Origin: the human T2T-CHM13v2.0 reference genome, Homo sapiens
NCBI RefSeq assembly: GCF_009914755.1
Contig: NC_060936.1
Reading direction: 5' to 3' (one strand)
Length of the DNA stretch: 64,000 nt
A program made the translations under genes and the position numbers. Below the pieces are notes generated by a model. That model was not told the origin of the DNA. It made no database searches and worked only from the letters and a program-made list of their open reading frames with translations. Shown here one piece after another: positions 1-23,272 of the stretch (within the stretch, counting starts at the first letter, position 1; the number at the start of each line of letters is the position of its first letter).

Positions 1-85
1 GTGTAAAGGTATGAGCACTTCAAAGGAAGATTGGCAGGGAAGGCCAATCCTTCTGCTTATGTATTTTATTCTTTGATTTTAAAAA

Positions 86-1300
<1,215 letters not shown>

Positions 1301-2389
1301 CATTGGGTAGGGGTATTAGAAGAGGGAACATCTACAGGAGCCTTTTCCAGCAAGCTACTTCTGGTCAACTAAGCCAAAAGGGACCTTGGCCTCCGTTCTC
1401 TATGGTCCTCACTGTCTGGACCTCTCATGGACGGTACAGAAAGACAATATAGTTGTTAGGGGCAGAGTCTACTATAAAGTACCTTCTCAGAGCTTGGTCC
1501 ACCATGTGGAATAATTATATCCAGATTTGTTTTAAAGATTAAATGAGATAGAGTCTATCAAAACACTTATTAGCATAGAGGGAACGGATAAGCAATTTTT
1601 AATAAATGGTTGATAGGATAATCATTATCCTATGACTCATCTTGTAGATACGTGTGTCTAAAACTGGAATCACCTCCTTTATGGGTAGGAAGCCACAGCT
1701 TCTTGTACCAAGTAGATGATCAATGAATATGAAATAAACAGATATCATGATCGGTGAGGGATTAGGCTGTAAGAGTTTCATTAAATTTAGGAGAATCATT
1801 CCCTTTGAATGAGGACTGACATTTTTCTTGCCTGAAGTGTTCCCTGTTCTCAGAAGTACAATCACTATAACTTGGCAGATAGGATGGGATGAGTTTGTCC
1901 TTGAGACAGGACATCAAGCCCCAGTTCTGGGTAATGTTTTGACCTCACTGGTCCTGGCAAGCATTAATCTGAAGTCACTAGGCCTCTGGGCCTGTTCCTA
2001 ATGGGCCTGTGTCCACCCAGTGATGAGGGATTCATAAGAAGCCCTCCTAATATCTGCTGGCTACATTCACGGGAACCTTGGTGTAGGCCTGAAAAAAGAG
2101 CTGCGTTAGCGAGGAGGTAGTGGGAGCTAAGAGTTAGTATACAGCAATATTTAGGCGCTGGACTCCTGGTTGCTTTTCCCAATTCTATTGCCCAGAACTA
2201 AGAAACTTTGGACATTCTCTTCTTCTCTCTACCGCAGGGCCTGATCATCAAGGCATCCCTGAATACTGACTGCCTCCTACCAGTGCCTGCTACCTACAAA
2301 GGCATTGATGCACTAAGTGCCACAGGGCCCTCCAGGACTTAAAAGAGTTTCACTCTAGCTGAACATAAAAGGTGAAACACAGAAGAAAT

Positions 2390-2940
<551 letters not shown>

Positions 2941-3534
2941 ATTTTTGAATTAAATCATAGCATCCAACCTGAAAAGCAATATATGGCAATAAGGAATTTT
3001 CTAGGCCATGCCTTTAGAATTTTTATCATCCTTTTAGAATTGAAGCTTCTTGTTAGAAGATTCTGTCCTGTATTTTCATGGATGCCCCAACAGCCACCCT
3101 CCCTGCCTTGCAATCAAACAGGTGCTCAAATATTTTTTGAGAATATAATTAAGTACATTTCTACTTTCTAATTTCTAAATGAATGAAATAGAGAACTAGG
3201 AAACTTAGGACAGTAAGACTGATGTCAGCTGGGCAATCAGAGAAGGCTTCATGGAGGAGGTGAGACTGACGTAGCCCTTGACAAGTTCGATAGGATTTAG
3301 ATGGATAAAGTGAAGCAAGAAAAATTCTAATTATTGGAGCCTCGAATGGGTTGGGTGTTCATGAGAGGCAGGGGCAGACTTCGTGGGTACAGCTGCAGCA
3401 TACTGCACACACATTAAGGGTGGCACCTCTGTGCCCAGACCTGGGCTTAAGTGGAACCAGACTCGCCTGGGACAGACTTTGGGCGCAGTGACAGGAGCCC
3501 ATCAGCTGCTCAAGAGACCCCTGCCAAAATCTCA

Positions 3535-3732
<198 letters not shown>

Positions 3733-4035
3733 CTAGGCCAAGTCCTTCCTGTCCTGTCCCTGTCCCTGCCGCATCCTCCCCGCCCTGCCCCCGGCTCCTC
3801 TTTCACACCCTGTGCCAGACAGAAGGCCTGGGAGTAAAAAGACTGGCCATGGGGACAGAGAGCTGGATCCAAAGGTCAAGGCTGAGTTTGCCAGAGCCTG
3901 CAGGATCCCTGCACCGCTTTACTGGATCCCCAGGTTGAGCTGAGATGCTGCTCTGGGTGGAGAAGGGGCCATGAGCCTCTGGCAGGCCTCTGTGTCACAC
4001 CTTTCCACCAGGGAAAACTGGGTGTGGATGTTTCC

Positions 4036-4126
4036 CCTTCGTATGTACTCTGAGATCTCTATGAGGAGTCTTCCTAGAGGGGAAGGGGGAAGCCTCCTCA
4101 TAGAGATCTCAGAGTACATAGGAAGG
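4036..4126. repeat. Near-perfect inverted repeat (hairpin)
   Basis: 4042-4068 is the exact reverse complement of 4094-4120 (27 bp). The stem extends to 39 positions with two mismatches around a 13-nt loop. Confidence 0.97.
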
Positions 4127-4313
4127 AGCCAGGTCTTTCCGTTCTTCTGCGTCTCCTCACAGCGTCACCTACAAGGGTCTGGCACACAGTGGACACTCTT
4201 CCTGGCTTTTCTGGTACAGAGTGACCAACATAACAGTTAATAGCATTTCCTCATTTTACAGACAGGGAAAGCAAAAAACATAAGCATGGTAATGCATATA
4301 TAATACGTGTCTA

Positions 4314-4947
4314 TGGCAGAGGCATTCGAACCAGAATGACTCCATCTTGAATAGGGGCTGGTAAAATGAGGCTGAGACCTGCTAGGTGGCATTCCCAGGA
4401 GGTTAGGCATTCTTAGTCACAGGATGAGATAGGAGGTCAGCACAAGACACAGGTCACAAAGGCCCTGCTGATAAAGCAGGATGCAGTAAGGAAGCCTGCC
4501 AAAACCCACCAAAACCAAGATGGCAATGAAAGTGACCACTGGTTGTCCTCACTGCTCAGTATATGCCAATTATACATTAGCATGCTAAGAGACACTCCCA
4601 CCAGCACCATGGCAGTTTACAAATGCCATGGCAACACCTGGAAATTATCCTATATGGTCTAAAAGAAGGAGGAGTCCTCAACTGGGGGAGGGGGAAAATC
4701 TCCATCTCCTTCCCAAAAAGCTCATGAATAACCCACCCCTTGTTTAGCATATGATCAAGAAATAACCATAAAAATAGCCAACCAGCAGCCCTCAGGGTTG
4801 CTTTGCCTATAGAGTAGCCATTCTCGTGTTTCTTTACTTGTCTAGCAAACTCGCTTTCACTTTACTTCATGGACTAGCCCAGAGTTCTTGTACAAGATCC
4901 GAAAAACCCTCTCTTGGGGTCTGGATCGGGACCCCTTTCTGGCAATG
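4314..4947 (+). mobile_element. MER41B-type solo LTR (ERV1)
   Basis: Starts TGGCAGAGGCATTCGAACCAGAATGACTCCATCTTGAATAGGGGCTG and ends CTCTCTTGGGGTCTGGATCGGGACCCCTTTCTGGCAA, matching the MER41 consensus ends. Length ~630 bp fits the B subfamily. Confidence 0.85.
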
Positions 4948-4964
4948 ATACCCTCTTATTGTGG

Positions 4965-5135
4965 TAATTCATTTAATCCTCACAATGATCCTCTGAGGTA
5001 GGTGCCATTATTATCTTCATTTTACATGTGGGAAAACTGAAGCCGGAAGGATGAACAGCTTCCCAAGTTCACCGAAGGAGTAAGTGGTCCACAGGACTAG
5101 GAGCCTGGGATTTGCACCGAGGCAGTCTGGCTCTG
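4965..5135 (-). mobile_element. MIR
   Basis: catttaatcctcacaa...cattttacatgtgggaaaactgaag core in reverse orientation. Confidence 0.7.
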
Positions 5136-5273
5136 TTCTCCATTGGCCACTGCGATGCCACCTGGGTGGAGGGAGCACAGGTCCAATGGCGGGGAGAGTA
5201 CAATACAACCCAGGATCCTGTCTTCCAGGTCTCTCCACGCAATTAACCTACTCAAAACTTCATGACAGTCCAG

Positions 5274-5840
<567 letters not shown>

Positions 5841-6089
5841 GATGATGAAAAAGAGCACTCTTCAGCCCCTGCTGTCACCAAAGCCCCACCTCAGTTCTTG
5901 CCCTTAGGTAACGCCAAGATAGCAAAATGGAATTTTACCAAACCGCTCTTAGGTTCCTTCCCCAGGAGACCAGAAATGCCCTGGGGACTGCCTGCCTTTG
6001 AGGCAAATTTTTTTTCCTTTTTAAAGAAAGTGGTAAACATCTGAAAATAGAGTTTTTGAAAGAAAGTGACTCTTCAGTTGTAATTATAG

Positions 6090-7470
<1,381 letters not shown>

Positions 7471-9013
7471 TGATCCCTGGGATCAGAAATGAGAAATGCA
7501 AAGATTGTCCCTGTGTTATGTGTGTACTGTTTGTAATTGTAATTCACAATCCCCTTTCTTGCTCCTCACTCCATATTCAATTAAGAGAGAAAAGTGAAAA
7601 ACACAAAGCACAAAATGTTTCCAGGAAACTATCTGAAACTCCTGGAAGGCTAGATTTAGGTATAAACAGAGTAGAACTCCAGATTTCTGCAATGCTCCTT
7701 AGGGGCTGAGCTTCCTGCATGCCCTTGACAATTAGAGGAGTTTTTTTTAATACTTCAAAATTATTCCAGAAAGGCATGCAGATGAGAAGATAACCAGGTT
7801 ATGAGGAAGCCCAAGGTATTTGGTAAGGATGCTCAAGTTTTGGGGAAGGTCAGCTGAAATAGCAATTTGTGGGTGGACTATTAGCAGGGAGTTGACTGGA
7901 GAATTAATCAGACGTTGAAGGGACATGGGGGACCCGGGAGGATGAAGTCTGAACTCGGGCTCAGGATATGGAAAAAGATTGAGTAAAGCTGAGATTCCTG
8001 TGTGCTTAAAGTCCTAACCAGCCCCAGGGTGTCTGAGGCACGCTGGTAAGTAGAATCAGAGATTCCATTCAGCAAAAGCAGACAGGAAAACAAATCTCTT
8101 TTCTTTGTTTGTCCTGGTTGAAAACCAAACACGGTAGCCGTTTGATGAAATTCCAGTGTCAGGAGTGTTTGGGCAGGGAAGGGAGGGTAAAATTGCAGCT
8201 AGCCTCTGACCACAGGGAAATCAGCCTAACGGCTCCATTCAGGCCATTCTTCAGCCCTGCACTCTGGAATGTTCACAGGGTGTCTGTGCATCTCCCCTGA
8301 TTCCAGCCCACAGGACACTTGCTCTCTCTTTCTTGTGACCCCAACATGTCAGCTGGCAAGACTCAACATTCCTGTCTGGGACTGAGCAGCTTGAACCACT
8401 TGTATGAGTCACAGGTAATTTTCAGCAGTGTGAGAAAACACTGAATGAAGAGAAGTACTAGGTCCTGAGGAGGCTTAGCTCTGGGGTAATGGAGATGGGG
8501 GTGGGGGTGGAGAGAGGGTTCTAAAGGTCAACTGCAATGTCCCCCAGTTTTCATGTATCTTCATCAACATAGACAAATCCCAGCGGATCTAAGCTTTTGA
8601 AAACTTGACCTTTTGTAAAAATGAGGAAACTGAAGTTATAGCCCTTTCTGGAGTGTGGAAGCTTTGGAAACATCGCACCACAGTGAAGCAAGCCGGGGAG
8701 GGTGCCAGCCCAAACCAGAACCAAGTGTGGGCATTTCATGCCATGAACACAAAAGGTTAGTGGGCCGGGTTGAGCTTGGGCAAGATCTCACAAGATCTTA
8801 GATCCAGTGTATTTTCTGTCAGTAGATTTCAATCAGAAAGGTCGTGAAATATACCTCAGCCTGGCATTGGGCTTGGGGCAAAGATCTAGGACTTTCTTTT
8901 CCAGGGAAGTTCTCTGAGAACTGAATCAATTCCTGCCCTCTAATCTATCTTGCATCCCTTCCTGAACCAACCTCCCTAAAACTGTGCCCCACTCCTCCAT
9001 TAAAAAAAAACAA

Positions 9014-11149
<2,136 letters not shown>

Positions 11150-11169
11150 CCTGTATACTTCTTTAAATG

Positions 11170-12870
<1,701 letters not shown>

Positions 12871-12871
12871 T

Positions 12872-13476
<605 letters not shown>

Positions 13477-14217
13477 CCTTTACCCCAATTAATGTACCCC
13501 AAATGCCATTGGGTAGGGCCTTGCAGAAGGAATGCTAAGTGTGGGCTTTGACACAACCCAATTCCCTGTGGCAACCAGGTGTTGCTGGTTTAGGTTAGTG
13601 ATTAGTGCTTACGGGTGGGGTAAAAGAAATACAGCCTTGGCTTATGAATACCTAGGCACAGAATGTCCCCACCTCGGCCCTATGGGGCAACTGTTCTCAC
13701 AACCCTGTGAGTTCTTCCCAAGGAATCAGGGCCAAAGGATTAAGGACCTCAAAAAAAGGGAGTTCTCATTCCAGCTCCTTCAGCAGAGTCACTGTACCTT
13801 GAAGGACCAGCACCATTTGTGCTTCAGGGAAAACAACACTGGAAAACAACAAAGGCCTCTACCAGAAGGTGGGAGTGGGAACTCTCCCCTGCACCCCTAT
13901 GCTTTAGGAGGAAGGTGCTGCCCACATGCTAAGCCAGTTGCAGGAGAGCACCTAGGCCTGCTGCATTCCACCTCCTGCAGAGACACCTGTGTGCTCCTGT
14001 GTTGTAGCTTGTTAAGGGAGTGTAGACTTGTCCTTCTTGTGTTGAGTAATTTTTCAGGGAGGCTGGAAGAACTAGAAGGTAAATTTCCTCTCTACTCCAG
14101 CCAGGGTTCCAGGAGCCAGGCCCATCGCTCCAATATATGCATACGTTGTGTTGTTATTTCCTATTAAATCCGATCTTTTCACCCACCACTGAGTATTACA
14201 CTAGCACTGACATTTAG

Positions 14218-14521
<304 letters not shown>

Positions 14522-15074
14522 GACACTTAGTTTTAAATCCAGTTTAATATTTTATACACAGGTTCTTGTACTGGTTTCCACTTATTTTATGTAATTCTTG
14601 AATTCCCCCACAAAATTACAAACCTCTCGGGAACCATGCTCCACCCTGCTTTAGCACCTATGTTCCCTCCCACATCCAGTACACAGCGAACATTACATCA
14701 GTATCAATCGGTATATGGGAGGATGTAAATAACCTAGTGTATATCCATAGTAAGTAATACTCTGCAACTGTTAAAAATAATAAGGTGGATCTATATATTC
14801 TGACATGGAGAGATTTCCAATTCATATTATTTTGCCCCTGAAAATTAAAGCAATCAGGCACAGTACAAAACCCTCTATGTAGAAGGAAGTAAAAGAAACA
14901 AGGGCCTGGTCCATCCGTTTATTTCCTTCCTCCTACTACCCCTAGTCGCAGACATTTGTTACAATCTCGTGTGGCAGAACTCAGTAATTTCCTGTATTTT
15001 CCCTTTCAAAAAGAACTGTAGTTAATGTTAAATAAATGTCTAAGTCAGTTGCCATAGGACTTGCCACAATAATA

Positions 15075-15280
15075 GTCACACTTATATGGGGCTGTCATTG
15101 CTCATAGTGCTTTACATGAATTAACTCATTTAACCCTCACAATAGTCTTATAAGACACTGAGGCACAGAGAGGTGAAGTAACTTGCCCTAGGTCAGACAG
15201 CACAGCAAGGAGGTGGCAGACCCAGGATTCAAGCCTGGACAGTCTAGCTCAGGAGCCTGTGTCCTTAACCTCTATGTTGA
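15075..15280 (-). mobile_element. MIR
   Basis: ctcatttaaccctcacaa...actgaggcacagagaggtgaagtaacttgccctaggtca. Confidence 0.75.
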
Positions 15281-16324
15281 AGGTGCTCTTCTTTTTTTCT
15301 ACTTTTTGTGTATGCCTCAGTGATGGATGGCACTCAGAATGCTGTGTAAGAATGAACAGAAAAGAAAAAAAAGTCCCCATTGCCACCCTAACCTATGGCT
15401 CCGTTTATGGACTTGTAGGTTTGAGGTACCTATAAGGAGCTACTGATGCCTTCTGGAAACTATGTGTGGGCTGCTACTGAGAGAACATGACCATTTGCTA
15501 TGACTGTGTTAGTCAAGTGATATACATAGATCTCCCCAGCAAGTGCCTCCTGAGGACGGGTTCCAGCCCCAACCCTAGATCATATCAAGTACAGCTCCAG
15601 CTATTAAGCTGGCTAATGATGGTCCAGGTGTAACAAATCCCACCTGATTGAAACCGGCAGGGGTAGACCCGCTAACTTTTATAGAAACATAGGTACAAAG
15701 TATAAGGTTCCTAGGATTCTGATTCTTGGCTCTTCAAAGGCCGAAGGAATGAAGATTGATGCCATCTAAAAGCAAATTAGGAGGCCTTGCCCAGGCCCAG
15801 GCCCCCGAATAGTGTATTGGAGATGACACGGTGTTTAGTGCTGTTTCAGGTTAAGTCAGCGTCCCTCCAATGTGCCAGACCTACTGTCACAGCAATATGT
15901 ATCCCCAGTTCACACACGGAATGTTTGCTCTCTAGCAGCCAAATACACTGGAACTGGCAGTAATGATCTCACAAAAGCAGGAAAGCTGAGCAGTCAGTCA
16001 CATGATTACCAAGGTATTGAGATGGAAGAACTGGGCATCACTTAATGAAAATATCTTGGCATCTTAGAATCAGAAGTTTCCAAACTTGGAGGCAGTTTAA
16101 GAACCATCATATCCAAAGTCCTTGTTTTACAAATGTGGCAACTGAAGCTTTAAAAAAAAGGTAGGCCTGCGGGCTCCTTGCCTGAGCAAAGTTAAAGTGT
16201 AGTTCTTTCAATACAATTCATTCAGACCTCCCTTTCAATGACAGCAGGGCCTTTAGTCCCAACTACAGTCATTAATTCATCCCTGGTACTTGACTTCTAT
16301 TCCTCCTTTCTTCTTAATGGTCCT

Positions 16325-18344
<2,020 letters not shown>

Positions 18345-18399
18345 TAATAACTAAGGGAAGCCCCGGGAAAACTCAGCAGAAATCAAGGACTCTCGTGAG

Positions 18400-19500
18400 A
18401 AAAAAGGAACCGAAATAGCCCAGACTGGCGCTCCCCGGACTCTGCAGCGGGCGGCGCTGCCCACGGAGGGGGGCGGGCTGGGAGTGGGGGATCCGGGGGA
18501 GACGAAGGTGAAGGAGCTGCGGGGCTAGTTCTGAGCCGGGAAAAGGTGAGGGCGGCCCTGGGCCTCCCGCGGGGGAAGGAAGAGATGAAGCCACGTGACA
18601 GGGCCCAAAGCCGGGCCCCGAGCGCGCCGCAGACCGGATGCGGGAAGTGGGCTCGGGGCCCCGCTCCCCTGCCCGGCTCGCCCGCCCGCGTCAGCTGACC
18701 TGGCTTCCGCGGGCCCTGCGCCCTCGCGCTCCCGGGCCCCGGCCGCCCCCACGCCCCACGCCGCGCCCGCCGGCCCGGCCCTCCCTCCCCAGCTGGCCCG
18801 GCCGCCGCGGCCTCTTCCGCCCGGCGCCCGCGCATTCCTGCCATTCCCCCGAGTCGGCCCGCGGGCTACGGCCGCCTGCGGAGCGCAGGAACCTTCACCT
18901 CCCGAGGACAGGCGCCTTCCCCTCGGGACCCGGCTCCCCTGCTGCCTGCGCCGCTCTGTCCCCCTGCAGCTGCCCAAGCCTCCAGCAGGGGCCACCGAGG
19001 GCTCCAGGAGCACCCCAGGCCCGTTCTTCTGGCCCACAGCGCCCCTCCTGTGACCCTCAGCGACCCTCCTGTCCTGCCCTCCGGCGGCGCGGCTGTCTGG
19101 AGACTCTGCACCGTCGCGGCCTCGCAGCCTCGCAGCCCCGCGCCGGGTGGGGAGGGGAGGGTGGCGTTCCTGAGTCCGCGGAGGAAAGGGTCGCAGCTGC
19201 AGTCGCGCCAGCCCTCGGGCCTACATCCGCTCCGCCGCGACGCGGCTCACAAACTAGGGAGGGGAGAAGGGAAGAAAGACCCGATTCGGGAACACGGCTT
19301 TGTCCCTGGAACTGTACCTCATGTCCCCTCACTTAATCCTCCCAAGACCTGTGGGGCGTGTCGTCATTTTAGGGCTGGAGATGAGGAAACCGAGGCTCGG
19401 AGAGATGAAGCGTTGTACGGCCACCGAGCGGCTGCTTTGCAACGAAGCCAAAGCCAACGTTTTGTTCTTAGCGGCGGTCGTTTGAGCCACGCCTCACCGC
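18400..19500. promoter_or_regulatory. Intronic CpG island
   Basis: Very GC- and CpG-rich for ~1.1 kb, with many GC boxes, CCACGTGAC (18591-18599), GGAAGTG (~18643) and palindrome GTCAGCTGAC (18690-18699). Confidence 0.9.
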
Positions 19501-19969
19501 AACGAGTCTGCCATCAGCCAAGAGGTCACATCTTTTCTGGAACTCGCTCCCCCCTCACATCATGGGAGCAGTCAGTCTACTCTTCCAGTAGAAACTGTTT
19601 TGCCACTTTTGGGGGGAATCTTGAGCTACCAGCTCATCACTCAGGTCTTAGATGACACTTTCCTTGACCCCACCGGGTGCTCCAGCGCCTCTGCTTCCGG
19701 TTTTCATAGCCCTTATAATATCACCTATTGCAATTGCCCATTTCCTTGTCTGTCTCCCTCTGCAGATGGAGTGAAGGTACCTGAGCGCAGGAACCATGGT
19801 CTTCATTGCTGCCTCAGCATTAGCGGAAGTGCCACGGGCCGGCTCCCAGGGGGCCAGAGTTTCCCAGGAACACCATTGAGTACCACTGAACTAGAGTCTG
19901 CAAGTTAAAGTAAGGCAAGAAGGAAAACCGGAAACAACTGTAAAAACCTGACCTTTCGTCACCTTAATA

Positions 19970-20260
19970 CTGGCCATCATTTATCGAGTGCTTATTATGT
20001 AACAGACATTGTTCTCAGTGTGTGAGTGCAGTGTTCCTCAAACCTAAATGTGGGCCTGAATCGCAGCGGATCTTGGTAAAATGCAGTTTCTCATTCAGTA
20101 CCTCTGGGGTGCGGCCTGAGATTCTGCATTTCCAACAAGCTCCCAGGATACTTTGTATAGAAAGGCTTTGGTGTATTAACTAACTCGATCTTCTTAATAA
20201 TCCTATGAAATACTACTGCTATTCCCATTTTACAGATGAGGAAACAGAGGTTAAGCATAT
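19970..20260 (-). mobile_element. MIR with an inserted MER5A fragment (~20029-20160)
   Basis: cccattttacagatgaggaaacagagg (MIR) and ggcctgagattctgcatttccaacaagctcccagg (MER5A). Confidence 0.7.
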
Positions 20261-23217
20261 ATGAACTTACATCAAAATAAATAGACTGCAGGGCAAGGAG
20301 GGAGGGGAGAATAGTGTGGGCAGTGTACAGTGCAGAAACAAAGTTCTAGGCAGAGGAAAAAGGATTTACAGAAAGCCTGGCATACAGGGCAGGGGGACGG
20401 GGCCTGCACACGGGGCTGTTTCACCGTTAGACGTTATAAGCACAGTACTTGGGGCTATGGGCTTCCTGAAGGTCCCAAGTATTTGAGACCTGAAAAAAAT
20501 TTATTGACACCTACATAGGAAAAGTGAACTTTTAAATTAATAATTCCAAAATTCAAATCACGAATTGTTTCAAAAATTTTACATGATAGAATTCATATTT
20601 AGTAAGCGATACGGGTATATTTTAATGCATTTGATTTTAAAAACGGGGTAGGGCCTACTAAGAACAGGCCAAGCCCTGGCCCCAGTGGGTTTGGATATAA
20701 TCCTGAGGGCAGCTGGGAACCACTGAGAGAAGCAGGAGAATGTTCTCTGTGGCTACAGTGAGGAGAATGGATTGGAGGGAGGCCAGACTGGAGGCCCAGT
20801 GGCTAGAGACCAGATAGGCAGTTACAGTCTTCCAGACTGCGAGACAATCTCTCTTTAGTGCCAAGATTAGCATAAAATCATAGCATTATATAACCCAATT
20901 ATTCTTTGATTCCTGCATCCCCAATCTGACTCAGCATTCTAAATTTACTTAAGATCTGGGGACAAGGGTTTTTGGCAAATCCTTGAAGGCAAATGATGTT
21001 ACAGTCAATCAGTATATGCCTTGAGCCAGACAGACATGGGTACGGGCCTCAGTTCTGCTGCTTGCTAGCTATGTGACTTTGCACAAGTGATTTAACTTCT
21101 CTGGGCCTTGGATTCCTTACTGGTAACACGAGCATAATCGATTCCTCACAGAATTAAGTGAGAAAACTATGTATGTAGGACTTCTTATGGAGTGGGTACT
21201 TAGAAATAAATGGTAGCCGTTATCATTTATGTGCCTTTGTTCTGAAATCTGCTTAAGTTTTCTCTAGGAAGTAACAGAGGGTAGAATAAATTATTTAGTA
21301 TTTTCATCAATCTTCTGAGATAAAAATTATTATCCTCATTTTGCAGATAAGGAAAAGGGCTCAGAGATTAGATCACAGCTCTGTGAAGTAGGGGCACAAA
21401 GTGGTCAACCTGGAAGAGCTGGACTTTATTTTGCTTGCACTTCTGTCCATGCACTCTCTCCAGCAGTTGACATTTGCCCTCTTTGATGGCTCCACGACCA
21501 ATTTCCCTTAGTCATGGCATGAGTCAGCTGTGAGGGCTGATGGCACACCACCGAATACTCTGCTGTGGCGCCACTAGCCTCCATTTACCTTCTTCTCCAA
21601 CGTTTTCCAGCCTCCCTCATACCTTGCCCCCCAGTTTTATAGCTTCTGGATTTTCCTTATTAAAGAGCTTGTTTCTGAGACTCAGAACCGCCCCAGACTG
21701 GGATGTCTTCCAGAGTACCTCCCTTTCAAGGGAGCAGATAAGTAGGTCACATCGGGATGGCGAGGGAGGAAGCTGACTTCTTATGGGAGGAGGAAAAATA
21801 CTGCAGGTCACATGGAGAATGGAAAACAAAATAACAGGGTTTCTCTCTTTTCCTAATTCTCTCACACAATCTCACAGGGACAGCCCGCTGCCAGCCACTA
21901 CTACTGTGACTAGCATTCTGGAAACAGCACAGGCAGTACTGATTTCTTGGACCTTGAGGACACTAGTGGCAACTTGAGGATAAGCCTTGTCTACCCTGTG
22001 CTCCCCTCCATCCTACCTGCCTCCTCTTCAGGCTACTCCATAGCCCCCAGGATATTTTTTTCTCCTACGCAGTGAAGCGAAATCTCAGCTTTTACAGGAG
22101 CGTCCACCTCTTGGACTGCCCCTTGAGGGCCTGAAAGCACAGAGCTCTGCAGGGAAGCTCTGTGGGGCAGGAGGGCACTGCCCGTGAGTGCCTGGAGCAG
22201 CCCAGGATCCCATTTACAGAGACTCCTTTGCAGCAACCGGGTTAGGTCATGGGCTTTGCAAGATTCCTGCTCCCCTTCCCAACCCTAGTGAAGGCAGTTC
22301 ACAACAAGGAATGTGGGTGAGCATTAAATTACGTAGATCACCGTGAAAGCCAGAGAAAAAGAGGGACAGAGGAAGGGTGCGGCATTAAAGATCCAATGCT
22401 ACCAACCCCACCCTGCCCCACTATCCCTTGGGACGGAGCCCTGTTTGAATCATAACACTGGGCGGTCACATTTCTAGGAAACTGCAGCTGAAGAGGAAAG
22501 GTCCTGGTTGTGTGAGTGAGGCTGTGTACAGATTAGGACTGAAAATGTGTATCCGGGCAGACAATTGGTCTCTGGACTCCACACCCGAGGCACAAGACAA
22601 GCACACAAAACAAAATGACCAAAGCCTGACCCCTCAAACCTGAGGGTAAACAAACCTGCTTCCCTGGACAAGGGTTGTGGAAACAGGGAGTTCACCTCTG
22701 GAGAGGCGCAGGGGTTTTCCATTCTCCTGGCGTGGAGCCTGGTCAACTTCTAGCTCAGAGACTCGCTGTTCCAGGATACTGGGAGCTCTTTCACAGAAGC
22801 TTGGAGGTGATGCTGCAGACTTTGGGCTGGCACTCTCTCCCACCTGACTTCCACATTGCCCCCTGCCCTCCCTACCCCTGTTCCCAAGGCCCTCAAACTG
22901 TTCAGGGGTGCCAGGCCCCTCTGTTCCTTCTCTTCCACCCCTGCAGAAGGCATATTCCCCCATCCCTCAGGTGTCTGTGCCCAGGTGCCCCGTGGGAAAG
23001 CCCACTCTTGCCTTCAGTAGCTCTCTTCCCTCTCCTGAGACGCAAGGCTGGGTGACAGGAGACAGACATTCATCTTCACCCGAGCCCTTCATTATGCTTA
23101 ATCTTTCTAGTGGGGGTGGGCCTGTCAAACACGTCTCTTTCCTAGGTTGGAGTAATCCCAAAGCACCTCTCATCATAGTGGCTGTAAATCCCACAAGTAT
23201 GTGGCATGCACATAGTA

Positions 23218-23272
23218 GCACTGACAGTGTGGTGGTGCCCTGCACTGACAGTGTGGTGGTGCCCCACACTGA
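23218..23272. repeat. 24-bp tandem repeat, ~2.3 copies
   Basis: gcactgacagtgtggtggtgccc(t/c) at 23218-23241 and 23242-23265. Confidence 0.9.

Noticed and set aside
18373-19655. Overlapping 150-232 aa Pro/Arg/Ala/Gly-rich ORFs on both strands
   Set aside because: Stop codons are scarce in a CpG island; the peptides are low complexity with no recognisable domain.
20396-20680. Possible hAT-Tip100-type DNA transposon relic
   Set aside because: Similarity too weak to name by eye; it needs RepeatMasker.
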